DNA from: Gammaproteobacteria bacterium
Lineage (GTDB): Bacteria > Pseudomonadota > Gammaproteobacteria > Eutrophobiales > Eutrophobiaceae
Direction: 5' to 3'
NCBI GenBank assembly: GCA_965208655.1
Contig: CBDBPJ010000006.1
Coordinates: 117,167 to 181,166 of the forward strand
Length of the DNA stretch: 64,000 nucleotides
The first letter of the stretch is position 1, and each line of letters begins with the position of its first letter. The notes below the pieces were generated by a model. The model did not search any database and was not told where the DNA came from. It saw only the letters and a program-made list of their open reading frames with translations. The translations under genes and the position numbers were made by a program. This document shows, piece by piece, positions 29,458 to 40,523 of the stretch.

Positions 29458-32262
29458 ATGGGAAAGAACAGTGAAAACCTATTCGGTGACCGGGATTGGC
29501 TTATATTCGGAAAGTTCGAATCCCAGCACAGCCTGATATCCCAGGTTTCCCGCCCGGCGCTGATCGGGAAACTGAACCGGTCTGCGCAGGGAGTGTTGAC
29601 CCTGATTGTCACGCCTGCAGGTTATGGAAAATCAACTCTCCTCTCTCAATGGTTCAGATCACTGACAGCTTCAGACCATATCGCCGCGTGGCTGACCCTG
29701 GATGAAAGCGACCGCGTAGCGCACCAGTTCTGTTCCCATATCGTACTGTCCCTCTGTTACACGGGAGCGGAGATGGGCGCGCTGGAAAAGCTTGCCGAAC
29801 AGGAATTTATCGACGTGCCGATAGACGCGGTGATCCGGACACTGTCGGCAACCCTGGCCAGGCAAAGCAAGCCTGTCATCATCATAATCGAAGACTACCA
29901 CCGGGTAGGTGACGGCCATATCGACACCGTCATGGAAAAAATCCTTGACCTGTCCACGGAGTCCACCCACTTCGTGGTGAGTTCCCGGGAGAAGCCGGGT
30001 TTCAACTTCTCCGGTCTCAAGGCCAACGGCCTGGTGCAGGAGTTCGACAGTAACGACCTGCGTTTCAGTATCGAGGACACCTGCCGGCTGTTTCCGGACG
30101 ATTGCAAAAAGTCCGAACTGAAAACCCTGGCCAGGAAAACCGAGGGCTGGGCTGTCGCTCTGCAACTGGCGCGCTCTATCCTTGATGATGAAACCTCGCT
30201 CGCCAATGTAATCCAGAACCTGTCCGGCGTGACCGACGACCTGGCCGAGTATCTCAACCAGCAAATCTATGGCGGGCTCTCCGATGAGATAAAACAGGTG
30301 CTGCGGCAGACTTCGCTGCTCGACCGCTTCAACGTCAGTCTGGCCAATGCCGTGTGCAAACGTATCGACTGCCTGGACATCCTCGACCGGCTTAAACGGC
30401 GCCACTCATTGATCGTCTCGACGCAAAGGGAAACGAGCTGGTACCGCTATCATCACCTGTTGCTGCAATTTCTCAACAACGAACTGGAACGGGTCGAGCC
30501 GGAACTCATCCCCACGCTGCATACACGCGCCGCCGACTGGTATGAGCGTAACAACTTCCCCGCACTGGCCGTCAAACACGCCTGCCTTGCCGGAAACCTT
30601 GCCCAGGCGTCGCGCATAGTGGAAGACGCCGGTGGCTGGGAGCTTATCCTGTTCGGCGGAATCCCGTCATTCAGGCGGCTTATCGATTCGTTTTCCATTA
30701 CGGATTTCTCAGAGTTTCCCCGGATTGAGATTGCCCGGATTTATTACCTGATAAAGAATGGAGATATTCTCCAGGCCCAGCGCTTCTACCACCGTCTGCT
30801 GGAGACCAACCAGCGTCTGCTTGCCGATAACAGCGAGGCTGCGCGCGCATTAACACGGGATACCGTCTTGATCGGCGCGCTACTGGATGTGTACGAGGAT
30901 AAAATTACTGCCCGGGATGAACTGGAGGAGATTGCCGGCATTTCGGTCAAGCTGGCGCACTCCGATGCGGTCGGGCACTCAATTGTCACAGCCTGCTCTG
31001 CAGTATCCGCCCTGAACATCGGCAGCTTCAGGGAAGCCCTGGACTACGCTACCCACTGCTGCCGCTACATGCGCGAGATAAGCTGTATGCCGGGGTTGAG
31101 TTATGCGTTGATCCACCAGGGACGCGCTTCTCTCTACCTGGGCCAGTTCCGGGAAGCCGGCGCTATCTTCACAGAAGTGCTGGAGATGATCGAAGAGAAT
31201 TTCGGTGCGGAGAGCAACCTCAAGGCTGTTGCGGAAATACTCACGGCGTCTGCGGACTATATCACCGACCGGGAAACATTCGACCAGGAACGCCTCACGG
31301 AGGCGCTGATACAGATGGAACATTACGACGGCTGGTTCGATATTTACGCGGCAGGCTACGGCACGGTTGCATCAATTGCCTACAGGCGGGCGGGCCTGGG
31401 CGCAGCCAGGGATATATTGCAGCGGGGCCGGCGCATGGCGGAAGTTCGTTATCTACCGAGACTGGGTGAATTCATCGATGCCTGTGAGTACCTGTACCTG
31501 GCGCGCTCCGGTGAATTGCAGGAGGCCCGGACGCTGGCAAGACTGAAAAAACTGAGTTTCAACCCGGATGCGTCGAATTCCGTGAACTGGTGGCGCGATC
31601 ATCTTGTGGGGACCGCCGAAGGTCTCATGGCGCTTGCCTCGCACAGTAACAGGCGAGCCCTGGAGGTGGCCGGCGCGCTGAGCAATATCGCCCGCAGCGG
31701 CAATAACCTCTGGCATGAGATGGAAGCCTCCCTGCTCATGTCCCTGGCACTGCTCGCCGGCAGGCAGGACGAGCGCGCCTTTGCCGGCCTGACGGACACG
31801 CTGGACATCGCGGCCAAGGAAGGTGCTTACCGCATATTACTGGATTTCGGCAAACCGCTTGAGGAACTCCTGTCGCGCCTCTATCGCCTGCAGCGCGGTA
31901 ACCTGCGCCTCAGCAGCTTTACCGGCAGTTTTGTCAAGGACTGCCTGGCGCGCTATTACAAGACCCCGTACCAGCTCAGGGAAAAACCGCCGGAAGCGCT
32001 GCTGCTCAGCCCGCGGGAACTCGAGATACTCCAGGAACTTGCGCTGGGCTTTTCCAACAAGGACATTGCCCGCATGCTCGACATGACGGAAAACACGGTC
32101 AAGTTCCACATGAAAAACATCTTCAAGAAGCTCGACGTGGACAATCGTTTACGCGCAGTATCCACCGGCCAGGAGATGGGCCTGATCTCAAAATGCCGGG
32201 AAATCGTCCGGGGACGGATTTCAAATCCGTCTCGTGAAATTCATAAGCCATTGATATTATAA
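29458..32262 (+). CDS. MalT-like LuxR-family (LAL) regulator
   Basis: Walker A PAGYGKS, AWLTLDE, C-terminal LSPRELEIL...SNKDIA..L...ENTVKFH. Confidence 0.9.
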   Translation: MGKNSENLFGDRDWLIFGKFESQHSLISQVSRPALIGKLNRSAQGVLTLIVTPAGYGKSTLLSQWFRSLTASDHIAAWLTLDESDRVAHQFCSHIVLSLCYTGAEMGALEKLAEQEFIDVPIDAVIRTLSATLARQSKPVIIIIEDYHRVGDGHIDTVMEKILDLSTESTHFVVSSREKPGFNFSGLKANGLVQEFDSNDLRFSIEDTCRLFPDDCKKSELKTLARKTEGWAVALQLARSILDDETSLANVIQNLSGVTDDLAEYLNQQIYGGLSDEIKQVLRQTSLLDRFNVSLANAVCKRIDCLDILDRLKRRHSLIVSTQRETSWYRYHHLLLQFLNNELERVEPELIPTLHTRAADWYERNNFPALAVKHACLAGNLAQASRIVEDAGGWELILFGGIPSFRRLIDSFSITDFSEFPRIEIARIYYLIKNGDILQAQRFYHRLLETNQRLLADNSEAARALTRDTVLIGALLDVYEDKITARDELEEIAGISVKLAHSDAVGHSIVTACSAVSALNIGSFREALDYATHCCRYMREISCMPGLSYALIHQGRASLYLGQFREAGAIFTEVLEMIEENFGAESNLKAVAEILTASADYITDRETFDQERLTEALIQMEHYDGWFDIYAAGYGTVASIAYRRAGLGAARDILQRGRRMAEVRYLPRLGEFIDACEYLYLARSGELQEARTLARLKKLSFNPDASNSVNWWRDHLVGTAEGLMALASHSNRRALEVAGALSNIARSGNNLWHEMEASLLMSLALLAGRQDERAFAGLTDTLDIAAKEGAYRILLDFGKPLEELLSRLYRLQRGNLRLSSFTGSFVKDCLARYYKTPYQLREKPPEALLLSPRELEILQELALGFSNKDIARMLDMTENTVKFHMKNIFKKLDVDNRLRAVSTGQEMGLISKCREIVRGRISNPSREIHKPLIL

Positions 32263-32573
32263 TAGTTTAATGGGTTATTAAATCATTACGTTATCACTTT
32301 GTCTATTATCTAATCTGATTGATGGAGCGTTGTTTTCGGGAACATTATACGCGACAACTGGACCCGGTTACAGGGAGGGGGTCAATGCTCAAAGACAAGG
32401 TGTTAACGGCACTGTAAGAATGACCCACTTTCCAGTAACCTCGGCTCTGTCTACCCGGCAGAGGAACCGAGATGCCAGGAGAGGACAGTGTTATGGCGTA
32501 AAATCAGGTGGAATTATACTTTACAAACCAAGCTTAGTTTCCTATAATCTCAGTATAGACTTTAAACCGGCGA

Positions 32574-33420
32574 TTGAAAATGTCTGTGTTGAATGCCAAA
32601 TACATGCAAGATGAAGCCGCAGCCTTTGCGCACGTTGAAGGTATGCTCTGGCCACACGGCCCGGTCTGCACTGCCTGCGGTTCGCTGGATAATGCCTACC
32701 ACCTGAAAGGTGTTCGCTCCAAACCCTCAAAGAAAAACCCCGACGGCAAGGTACGTCACGGCCTGTACAAGTGCAAAGACTGCGGCAAGCAGTTCACCGT
32801 CCGCATAGGAACGATTTTTGAGTCCAGCCATATTGATTTACACCTGTGGCTGCAAGCCATACACCTGATTACCAGCAGCAAGAAGGGCATCAGTGCAAAC
32901 CGGTTGCACCGCACCCTGGGCATTACCCTTAAAACTGCCTGGTTCCTGGGACACAGAATCCGCGAGGCCATGCGGGATAACGCGCCGGCTATCTTCGGCT
33001 CCGGCGGCGGCATCGTTGAACCGGAAGAGATCGTTATCGGCACTGCCCGTGAACGCGCCCCCGGCGCACGCGGTTACGCCCACAAGAACCAAGTCCTGAT
33101 CCGGGTTGACAGGGACAGCAAGCGGGCCAGGCGCAGGGTCGTTGACACCCTGAAAGCCAGTGAGATTATACCCACCCTGAAAGCCAGTGAGATTATACCC
33201 ACCCTGAAAGCCAGTGAGATTATACCCACCCTGAAAGAGAACATTGCCAAAGAAGCACGACTGATGACGGATGAGGCCAAGCACTACAGCAAGGCCGGCA
33301 ACCACTTTGCCGGACATGATACTGTCGAACACGGTGCCGGTAAGTAGGTCAAAGCACTGGATGGCGACATCCACACCAACACCGTTGAAGGCTACTATGG
33401 CACCTTACCCGTTGGCTGAA
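32574..33420 (+). pseudogene. IS1595-family transposase (premature stop at 33345, internal triplication)
   Basis: WPHGPVC..CG, YKCKDCGKQFTVRIGTIFE.S, SKKGISA..L.R.LG....TAW, MTDE, HTNTVEGY after the stop; element likely extends to ~34120. Confidence 0.85.
33147..33237 (+). repeat. 27-bp tandem repeat x3 (TLKASEIIP)
   Basis: ACCCTGAAAGCCAGTGAGATTATACCC three times plus a partial unit. Confidence 0.95.
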
Positions 33421-34327
33421 TACCGGCGTTTACTACCGTTTCCAATAACATGAACAACCATAAACTCTGCGAGAACTGCCGTTTCTGGCACCGGACCGGC
33501 AAGCCGGTCGGCGAGTGCCGGATTTACCCGCCATCGAAAAACGGGCTATTCCCCAAGACCCAAAAAACAGACTGGTGCGGGATGTGGCAGGCCACAGAAA
33601 GACGATGAGGTTAAAGTCAAGTGTTGGGACTGGATGGCCTGCCCTCTGCCGCCGGCAGATGCAATGAATGACAAGAAGATACTCAAAGCCATTAACAAGC
33701 AGAAACCGCCCCGGACCGGATGGTATTACGTTGTTCTCTTTGCCGTGTTGGGCGTGCTGGGGATAATCCTGTTGGCTGTGTGGGTGCCATGGCACGTGTT
33801 GTAGTAACCGGCCTCTGGTCTGAAACACCAGTCTGCCGGGCTTTGCCCGCATTTCATTTGGAGTGCGGGCGTTTTTTTATCTGCTGGTAATGCAGGTACC
33901 GTGATAGTATGAATCACGCGATGTTGAATAACACCGGCGGCATTTATGGCGAACAGGAAAGTTGATGCCGGTAAAGAACCGCATTCACGGTTCATTCAAA
34001 ACGCTGACGAACCAGGCTGTGACGAAGACGAATGCCACTTTAACGCCACGCTGAGGAAGATCGCAAAGACTGAACCGCAGAAGAAGCACGGCAAGCGCGC
34101 AACCCGCCCCGCATAAATCCCCGTTTCTTATTCTCCCTGCGTAACCCGGACAGGGTGAACATGTGACCCTTCAGGCGGTGACACGGCCCGCAGAGCACTA
34201 TCCGTTTCGATATCTGATTAGGTCCGCCGTCAGCCCGGGGTGTGTTGTGATCCAGCGCCAGACAGCGAGCATCGCATCAATGGGACATCCGGGTTACGAC
34301 AGGCCAGCCTGACAGACGGGTTCCGGT

Positions 34328-35149
34328 TCACCAGCGTGCCGTGACCTCCAGGCCGACGCCGTGCCCCGCGTGCGGGAGCAATATCAGTTCCGCCGCCAGG
34401 CCCCGGCGCCGGATGCCGCCGGCCTCATACGAGACCAGCGCCCGCCCCGATACGTCCAACGCCAGGCCCAGACGCGGATGCTTCCAGGCGATCCCGCCAC
34501 CCAGCACCACCCCGAAGGCGGATTGGGCACCGGCGCCATCCCGGCGCGCCCCGGCTTCCAGGCGCGGCCGCAAGGAACCGCCCCTCGGCAGTGCGTACGT
34601 CCAGCCGCTCTCAATCCCCAGCCGCAGGTGCGTCGTGGCCACAAGCGAGGATACGCGCTCCCCGGGTTGCGCCAACGACCTCGACCGCCATAACGCATCG
34701 CCGACCAGCGCCAGATCGGGGCCGGTCACGCTCGAGCGGTCGAGGATATCGCCTTTTACCCCCACCCCCGCCATCCACCCGCGCGGTGCCATCCCGATAT
34801 CCCCGGCCATCGACAGCGTGCCGAGCCCCTGTGTAAAACCTGTCCCGTAGCCGGTGTCGCGGTCCTCGATGCGCAGCGGGTAAACGCCCATAACCGACGA
34901 GGGCGCGTCATCGGTGATGGCCATGAACTGCACAGTGAGCTGCTCTATACCCTGGACAGGACCCACGTCGTTGAGGGTGAAACCGGTGATCGACTGGGCG
35001 GATGAGACGGCAGGTAAAAAGAAGGCTGTCGCTGCCAGAAGCAGCTTTGTTGCCTGCAGGCGCCATCGGCGGATGAAACGCACCGGATGAGTCCTGCCGA
35101 CTGAAAAATAAGCGTTACACCAGTGCACAGACATGACGTAATCTCCCAC
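34328..35149 (-). CDS. Paralog of 17251-18072 (autotransporter-like beta protein)
   Basis: Same length (273 aa), near-identical sequence. Confidence 0.65.
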   Translation of the reverse strand: MGDYVMSVHWCNAYFSVGRTHPVRFIRRWRLQATKLLLAATAFFLPAVSSAQSITGFTLNDVGPVQGIEQLTVQFMAITDDAPSSVMGVYPLRIEDRDTGYGTGFTQGLGTLSMAGDIGMAPRGWMAGVGVKGDILDRSSVTGPDLALVGDALWRSRSLAQPGERVSSLVATTHLRLGIESGWTYALPRGGSLRPRLEAGARRDGAGAQSAFGVVLGGGIAWKHPRLGLALDVSGRALVSYEAGGIRRRGLAAELILLPHAGHGVGLEVTARW

Positions 35150-35269
35150 TTACTCAAGAGCAGTACTCTTACTCTTAAGTATAGTCCATGGACAGCGCAG
35201 TCAAGTTTTTTTTTCACTCCGCAGACAGGATCACCGCATACGTTATGAATCCGGGTTATTGTCATTCCA

Positions 35270-35940
35270 GCCGGATTGCTGTCCACTGCGGCAGAATCCG
35301 ATAGTATGCGGTTGCCCTGATTAGCGAGGCGTTGCTTGCGGATGTTGGGGCCGTATTGCCAGAGGTGGACCTGCGTGCCCTGGTTGTTGATTGGGACAGG
35401 TTGTCCAGGATGAACCAGGCCAAACGCACCAGCCGGCTCCAGCGCATGCGGTATTGGGTGGACCGCCTGGCCAGGTGGATGCCGATGGAAAAGCACCATT
35501 TCATCGAACGACCGGATACGCTTCGTGATAGGTTATCCGGCAGACCACCGGATAATCCTGTCAGGGAACAACGCGTTCACAGTCGATGACTGTCGTTCAC
35601 ACAGGGGCAAGCATACCCCTGTATTACATGCTGCGCATGAATACAGGGTGCTTGCAAGGGGGGCGACCCCCCCTTTGATCCCCCCCGTTTGTAACGGGGC
35701 CTGATGATACATTGACAGTTGCCGATGGCTGAGCGCGCTACATCACACACGCCGCCGGGCCGGCTGATTGCCCTGCGCGTGGCTGCGGCGACCCGGGCAG
35801 AGTGGCTGGCGCGGGCCAACGCGGATGGTCTGTCTCCCGGCGACCGGTCATGTCCACAGGGGAATGTCGGATGGTCCCTGACACCCGCATCCACGCGCAG
35901 GGTAGTGATCCTGCCCAGCTCGGGTTGTGCGGCTTTACAA
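35270..35940 (+). mobile_element. Degenerate mobilization module copy C, plus an opposed mobC 5' remnant (35886-35938, minus strand)
   Basis: Small ORF homolog, oriT-like region, MAERATSHT..LIALRVAAATRAEW; 35886-35938 matches 39972-40024. Confidence 0.65.
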
Positions 35941-36208
35941 CAACATCCTGCTTGTCGCCGGTTCCCTGGTGGGCGCCACCGGCATCATCCTCACCAACAG
36001 CATGTGCAAGGCCATGAACCGTTCCCTGGCCAACGTGCTGCTGGCGGAAGCGGACGCTCCTTACGACCTGACAATGTGTCGCAAGCAATAAGTATGTGAC
36101 TGTATTCCGGGTCAAGCCCGTACTGACGAACGGGGAGCGGGAATGCCTATCCCGGCATCTCGTTAATCGGAGGCATTTCTCCTGGTTCCGGCCTGGCCAG
36201 GTCAGGGT

Positions 36209-37786
36209 TCAAAACATAAAATCGGCATTATCCAGGTTGGCGCTATCGAAATCCGACAGGATGATAGTGGTCAAATAATCAGCGCCTGCCAAGTCTATCC
36301 GCACGTTATTCCCAACACTGACGATGTCAAGATCGTTGACGCTGCTGATGCCGGAAAACTCGCGCAGGTCGATCACGTCCTCACCATTGGTAAAGTCCCG
36401 TATGATGCCACCGCCAAGGTCGCTGGGGAAAAACTGGAACCTGTCATCGTCGGGGCCGCCATATAAAATATCCATATCGTTGCCGTCAACAACCAGAACA
36501 TCCTCCCCCGGTCCTCCCTTCATCACGTCAACACCGGCACCGCCGGTCAGGGTATCATCTCCCTTGCCCGCGAAGATCCGGTCATCGCCGTTACCGCCGT
36601 ACATCCTGTCGTCACCGCCGGCCGGTCCACCGTACAAGGTATCGTCGCCCTCTTCTCCCCGGAGGATATTATCTCCACCATCCCCAGCCAGCGTGTCGTT
36701 ATGCTTGCTGCCGACAAGATGCTCAATACCCGTCAGCGTATCGCCCTGGGCATCACCGTTCTTGACTCCCCTGGCATCGTGCAGGCGCACCAGCACCCCG
36801 CGCGCGGAGTCCTCGTAAGAGGCGACATCACTGCCCGCGCCGCCATCCAGCATGTCAGCGCCGGGGCCACCGTTAAGCGTGTCATCACCGGCGCCGCCCT
36901 GCAGGGTGTCATTACCGGTCCCGCCTTCGAGTCTGTCATCACCGGCCCCGCCATTGAGCCTGTCATCGCCGGCAAGTCCCTCCAGGATGTCATTGCCGCT
37001 GACACCGTCTATGATATCGGCGCCGGCGCTGCCGGTCAGGGTATCCGCGCGCGAGGTGCCGGATTGCGTATTGGCGCCAGAGCCAGTGTTGCCGGAATCT
37101 GTATTATCATCGGGGGGCGCCTGAATTTGAATCGTTTCTGTCACAGCTCGCCCGTCGGGCAGAGTCAAGCTGACAGTAATTTGAGTTGCCGACTGATACT
37201 CTAAATCAACCGAAGACCGGTCGCCGTCGTTGTAGTACAACCTGAGCTCTGCCGTGTCATCGCCGGTTTTCTCGTAAGTATATCCGCCGGAATCCGTTGT
37301 TGTTCCGTCAGTTTCACTGAAACGGGTGACAGAGGTGAATTCAAACGTGGACTGCAGCACAGAGAGTTTCTGTCCGGCCACCGCCTGGTGAAATACATCC
37401 TGGTCGGCCGGCGCAAAACCACGCGCTGCTTGAGGGGGTGTAACCACGTCAGGCCGTGGCGGGAATGTCACCTCCACCGTTACACTTGTCCCATCAGCCT
37501 GATAAAAGTAAAGGCTGACCTGGGTAGCTGACAAGTAGTTGAGGTCAACCGAAAACCAATCGCCATCATCGTAGTACAATTCGAGCCTGCCCTGGTCGGC
37601 CCCGGTTTTCTCATAAGCATATCTGCCGGGATACGTTGTGGCTCCGTCATTGTCCCTGAAATGGGTGGCGGAGGTGAATTCAAACGTGGACTGCAGCACA
37701 GAGATTTTCTGCCCGGCCACCGTCTGGTAAAACACACCCTGGTTGGCCGGCGCAAACCCGTTCATCTCGTTGTCATGATTCGACAT
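36209..37786 (-). CDS. RTX-like calcium-binding secreted protein with two tandem N-terminal domains
   Basis: Many GGxGxDxL nonapeptides; duplicated GFAPA.Q.VF.Q.VAGQK.SVLQSTFEFTS domain; C-terminal ADFMF. Confidence 0.88.
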   Translation of the reverse strand: MSNHDNEMNGFAPANQGVFYQTVAGQKISVLQSTFEFTSATHFRDNDGATTYPGRYAYEKTGADQGRLELYYDDGDWFSVDLNYLSATQVSLYFYQADGTSVTVEVTFPPRPDVVTPPQAARGFAPADQDVFHQAVAGQKLSVLQSTFEFTSVTRFSETDGTTTDSGGYTYEKTGDDTAELRLYYNDGDRSSVDLEYQSATQITVSLTLPDGRAVTETIQIQAPPDDNTDSGNTGSGANTQSGTSRADTLTGSAGADIIDGVSGNDILEGLAGDDRLNGGAGDDRLEGGTGNDTLQGGAGDDTLNGGPGADMLDGGAGSDVASYEDSARGVLVRLHDARGVKNGDAQGDTLTGIEHLVGSKHNDTLAGDGGDNILRGEEGDDTLYGGPAGGDDRMYGGNGDDRIFAGKGDDTLTGGAGVDVMKGGPGEDVLVVDGNDMDILYGGPDDDRFQFFPSDLGGGIIRDFTNGEDVIDLREFSGISSVNDLDIVSVGNNVRIDLAGADYLTTIILSDFDSANLDNADFMF

Positions 37787-37875
37787 GCTTTCTCTCCACG
37801 CTGATTATCATTCGGTCTCATAATACATTATAACTTCAGCCTGAAACACACATCTCATACCATTCGTTGTCTGTG

Positions 37876-38067
37876 TCAAAAAGTCCAGTTGCCGGTCTCT
37901 ATCCTGACGGTATCAACTGCGGGGTCGAAATCCCTGATGGTATCCAACCCGTTATCGCCGGCGGTCTGGAACACAAATACGTCCGCGCCGGAACCGCCGC
38001 TGAGCGTATCGTCGCCCGCGGTGCCTGTGAGAGTCTCATTGCCACCGGTGCCTGTTATGTCTGCCAT
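37876..38067 (-). pseudogene. RTX/T1SS-substrate remnant
   Basis: MADITGTGGNETLTGTAGDDTLSGGSGADVFVF...DTIRDFD. Confidence 0.65.
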
Positions 38068-38189
38068 TAACGTTGCCTCACGTGTAAACCTTCACGCTCA
38101 GGACTCTGGACACCCCGGCGCGATTCATGTAACCAGCCGGGGATACAATGTGCCTGTCCCCAAAACTTACGCGTACGCGCGCTGCAGGA

Positions 38190-38660
38190 CCGGATGATTG
38201 CCCTGCGCGGGGCTGCGGCGACCCGGGCAGAGTGGCTGGCGCGGGCCAACGCGGATGAGCTGTCTCTCGGTGACCGGTTACGCATGCCGGTGTCTGGCGT
38301 CTCAGGTGGCCGGCTTGTTACTCCCCGGCGCAAACCGCCGCCCGCGGCTGACCCGGCATTGCTGGCCGCGATTGCGCGCATCGGCAACAATGGCCGGGAG
38401 AGATTGAGTTGTTGCACCGGCTCATCAACATTCACCGGGTATTAAGGAACCTGGCGGCATCCCATGATGATTACGTTCTATGCCGGTAATGCATCCGGGC
38501 CGTGGCCTACCTGGAGAAAGACACGGACTACAAGGGTCGGCCACGCGCCGGCGTTGACGTGCGGCGCGGGGACCCGGTGCTGGTCCGGCAGATCGTCAAT
38601 TCCCTTGACTTCAAGGACCACACCACCGCCGCGGTGATTGCCTGGGCACCGGAGCCAGTC
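38190..38660 (+). mobile_element. mobC: mobC + relaxase 5' remnants (module copy D)
   Basis: PPPAADPALLAAIARIGNN (MobC); AYLEKDTDYKGRPRAGVDVRRGDPVLVRQIVNSLDFK..TTAAVIAWAPE (MbeA/MOB_HEN-like motifs I-II). Confidence 0.75.
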
Positions 38661-38726
38661 ATTCATAGCGACACCTTCCTGTTCTTGGAAATTTATACTA
38701 CCATACGCCCTCTTTATCCAAAGTAG

Positions 38727-39623
38727 ATGGAAACCTCAATGAAATTGCCAGCGTTCTGGTTCTTCACAGCCAGTGCCATATTGACAGTCCTCGCCACACC
38801 TGGCATTGCAGGCGCAGAGCAGGCAAGCTCGGGGTGGTACGTCGGCGCCGGAGCAGGCACAAGCTGGGCTTCCACAATTGATCAGGCGGGTTGGAACCGG
38901 GACCCCTATTGTTACCCGGATTCCTGCACCCAGCCGGGCCCCGGTCAGGAAATAGAAGGGGTTTCCATACCAGGATACCTCTGGAAGTATGACCTTGATG
39001 CGGATACCGGCAGCGCATTCGAAATCTCAATCGGTCGCTATTTCAACCGTGTCCGCCTGGAAATTGCGGCCGCACAGCGAAAAAACAACGTCGAGCAGAC
39101 GTTCTCCGACATCACCTTTCTGGACGGACGACGCGCCAGTCAGCCACCCGGCAACATGGTCACGTCAAATTTCGAGTCCAGCATCGATGATTTCATCTCG
39201 CGCACCCTTTCGTTCAACGCGTACTACGATTTCCAGAACACATTCGAAACGTTAACGCCCTACCTGGGGATCGGGCTGGGCGCTGCGTTTGCCGAGGTGT
39301 CGGGAGTACACTACACCACCCATTACCAGGACCTGGCGGCTCCTTCACGGGACCTGTCGTTTTATAACAGCAGCCAGGATACCGATATGACGGATACCAT
39401 CCTGTTCGGTAGCATCCATGCCGGTGCGGACTACCGCCTCGGCCACAGAACAATAGCCGGTTTGAAGATGACCTGGTCCATTATGGATGACATCAAATAC
39501 ACAGGTTCCTACTCCAGGCACCCGGCCCACAGAGAGAACCCCGATTTCACCAATCACACCACGTTCAGCGATCTCCGGCAGTGGTCGGTGATGTTCACGC
39601 TGAAATACCTGTTGGACCGCTAG
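38727..39623 (+). CDS. Outer-membrane beta-barrel protein (opacity/Msp4/OmpA-membrane-like)
   Basis: Signal peptide; GWYVGAGAG; NAYYDF; TPYLGIGLGAA; aromatic-rich C-terminal strand. Confidence 0.8.
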   Translation: METSMKLPAFWFFTASAILTVLATPGIAGAEQASSGWYVGAGAGTSWASTIDQAGWNRDPYCYPDSCTQPGPGQEIEGVSIPGYLWKYDLDADTGSAFEISIGRYFNRVRLEIAAAQRKNNVEQTFSDITFLDGRRASQPPGNMVTSNFESSIDDFISRTLSFNAYYDFQNTFETLTPYLGIGLGAAFAEVSGVHYTTHYQDLAAPSRDLSFYNSSQDTDMTDTILFGSIHAGADYRLGHRTIAGLKMTWSIMDDIKYTGSYSRHPAHRENPDFTNHTTFSDLRQWSVMFTLKYLLDR

Positions 39624-39959
39624 GGACTGGCCGTCACCCGCGTGCTGTGAACGCTGATGTCCCGACCCTGTCCGCTTTTTGTCCCGTGTGCAGCGCGTTC
39701 ACGTTCTTTTATCCCTGTTCCAGCTTGGGCCACCGGCCCTTGTAGGACACGAACACCCCGAGCACTGCGTTTTCTTCTATAATTGCGGTCGGTCTCGGGT
39801 TGCCGCTGCCATTGCCCAAGGTAATGGGGGCACCGTTCCCGACGCCGAGCAGTTGGCATCATGCGGACGGATATACACCTCTGCTTCACCGGGATTACGG
39901 GCGGGTTTGGGTCGTTGGCATAGGAATCATTCATCCGGTAGCTTGATGCTGATTTTAAT

Positions 39960-40523
39960 TGGCACTGGGCCGGCATCCACGCGCAGGGTAATGGCCTTGT
40001 CCAGCTCCGGTTGTGCGGCTTTACGTTTCGGCATGATGTCCGAAGTACCATCGTGCCCCGTTGCCAACGGGGGGGTCAAGGGGGGGTGCCCCCCTCTTGC
40101 GAGACTCCTGTATCAAAACGCCGTTTTGTATACAGGAGTAGTCTCGCCCCTGTGTGAATAACAGTATTTGACCGTGTGCTCTTTCGTCCCTGGCGGAACC
40201 ATCCGGTTGGATGTCCGGCGACTCATTGAAACATAAAGCGGGTCAGTAGGTGAGCTGGTATTGGTCTCTGGCCGTCCACCCGGTCAGGCAGGTTGTCCGC
40301 TTCCGCAGGAGCCGGATCCGGCTGGCGCGCCTGGCCTGGTTCGTCTTGTACAACCCGGCCCAATCAACAACCAGGGCACACAGGTCAACCCCTGGCAACA
40401 CGGCCCGATGCCGGCAACCACCGCCTCGTTGATGACAAACACCCACCCCCCGCCGCGCACCCGATGACCGCCGTCGTCTCAATGCCGGCTGGAATCAGTC
40501 TTCATCTTCGCTGGACTACGCAA
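39960..40523 (-). mobile_element. Degenerate mobilization module copy E with IS21-like terminal at 40523
   Basis: Reverse homolog of 380-850; end reads TGCGTAGTCCAGC on the minus strand, like position 223. Confidence 0.65.

Noticed and set aside
39620-39960. Possible ORF between the OMP gene and module E
   Set aside because: No recognisable motif in any frame
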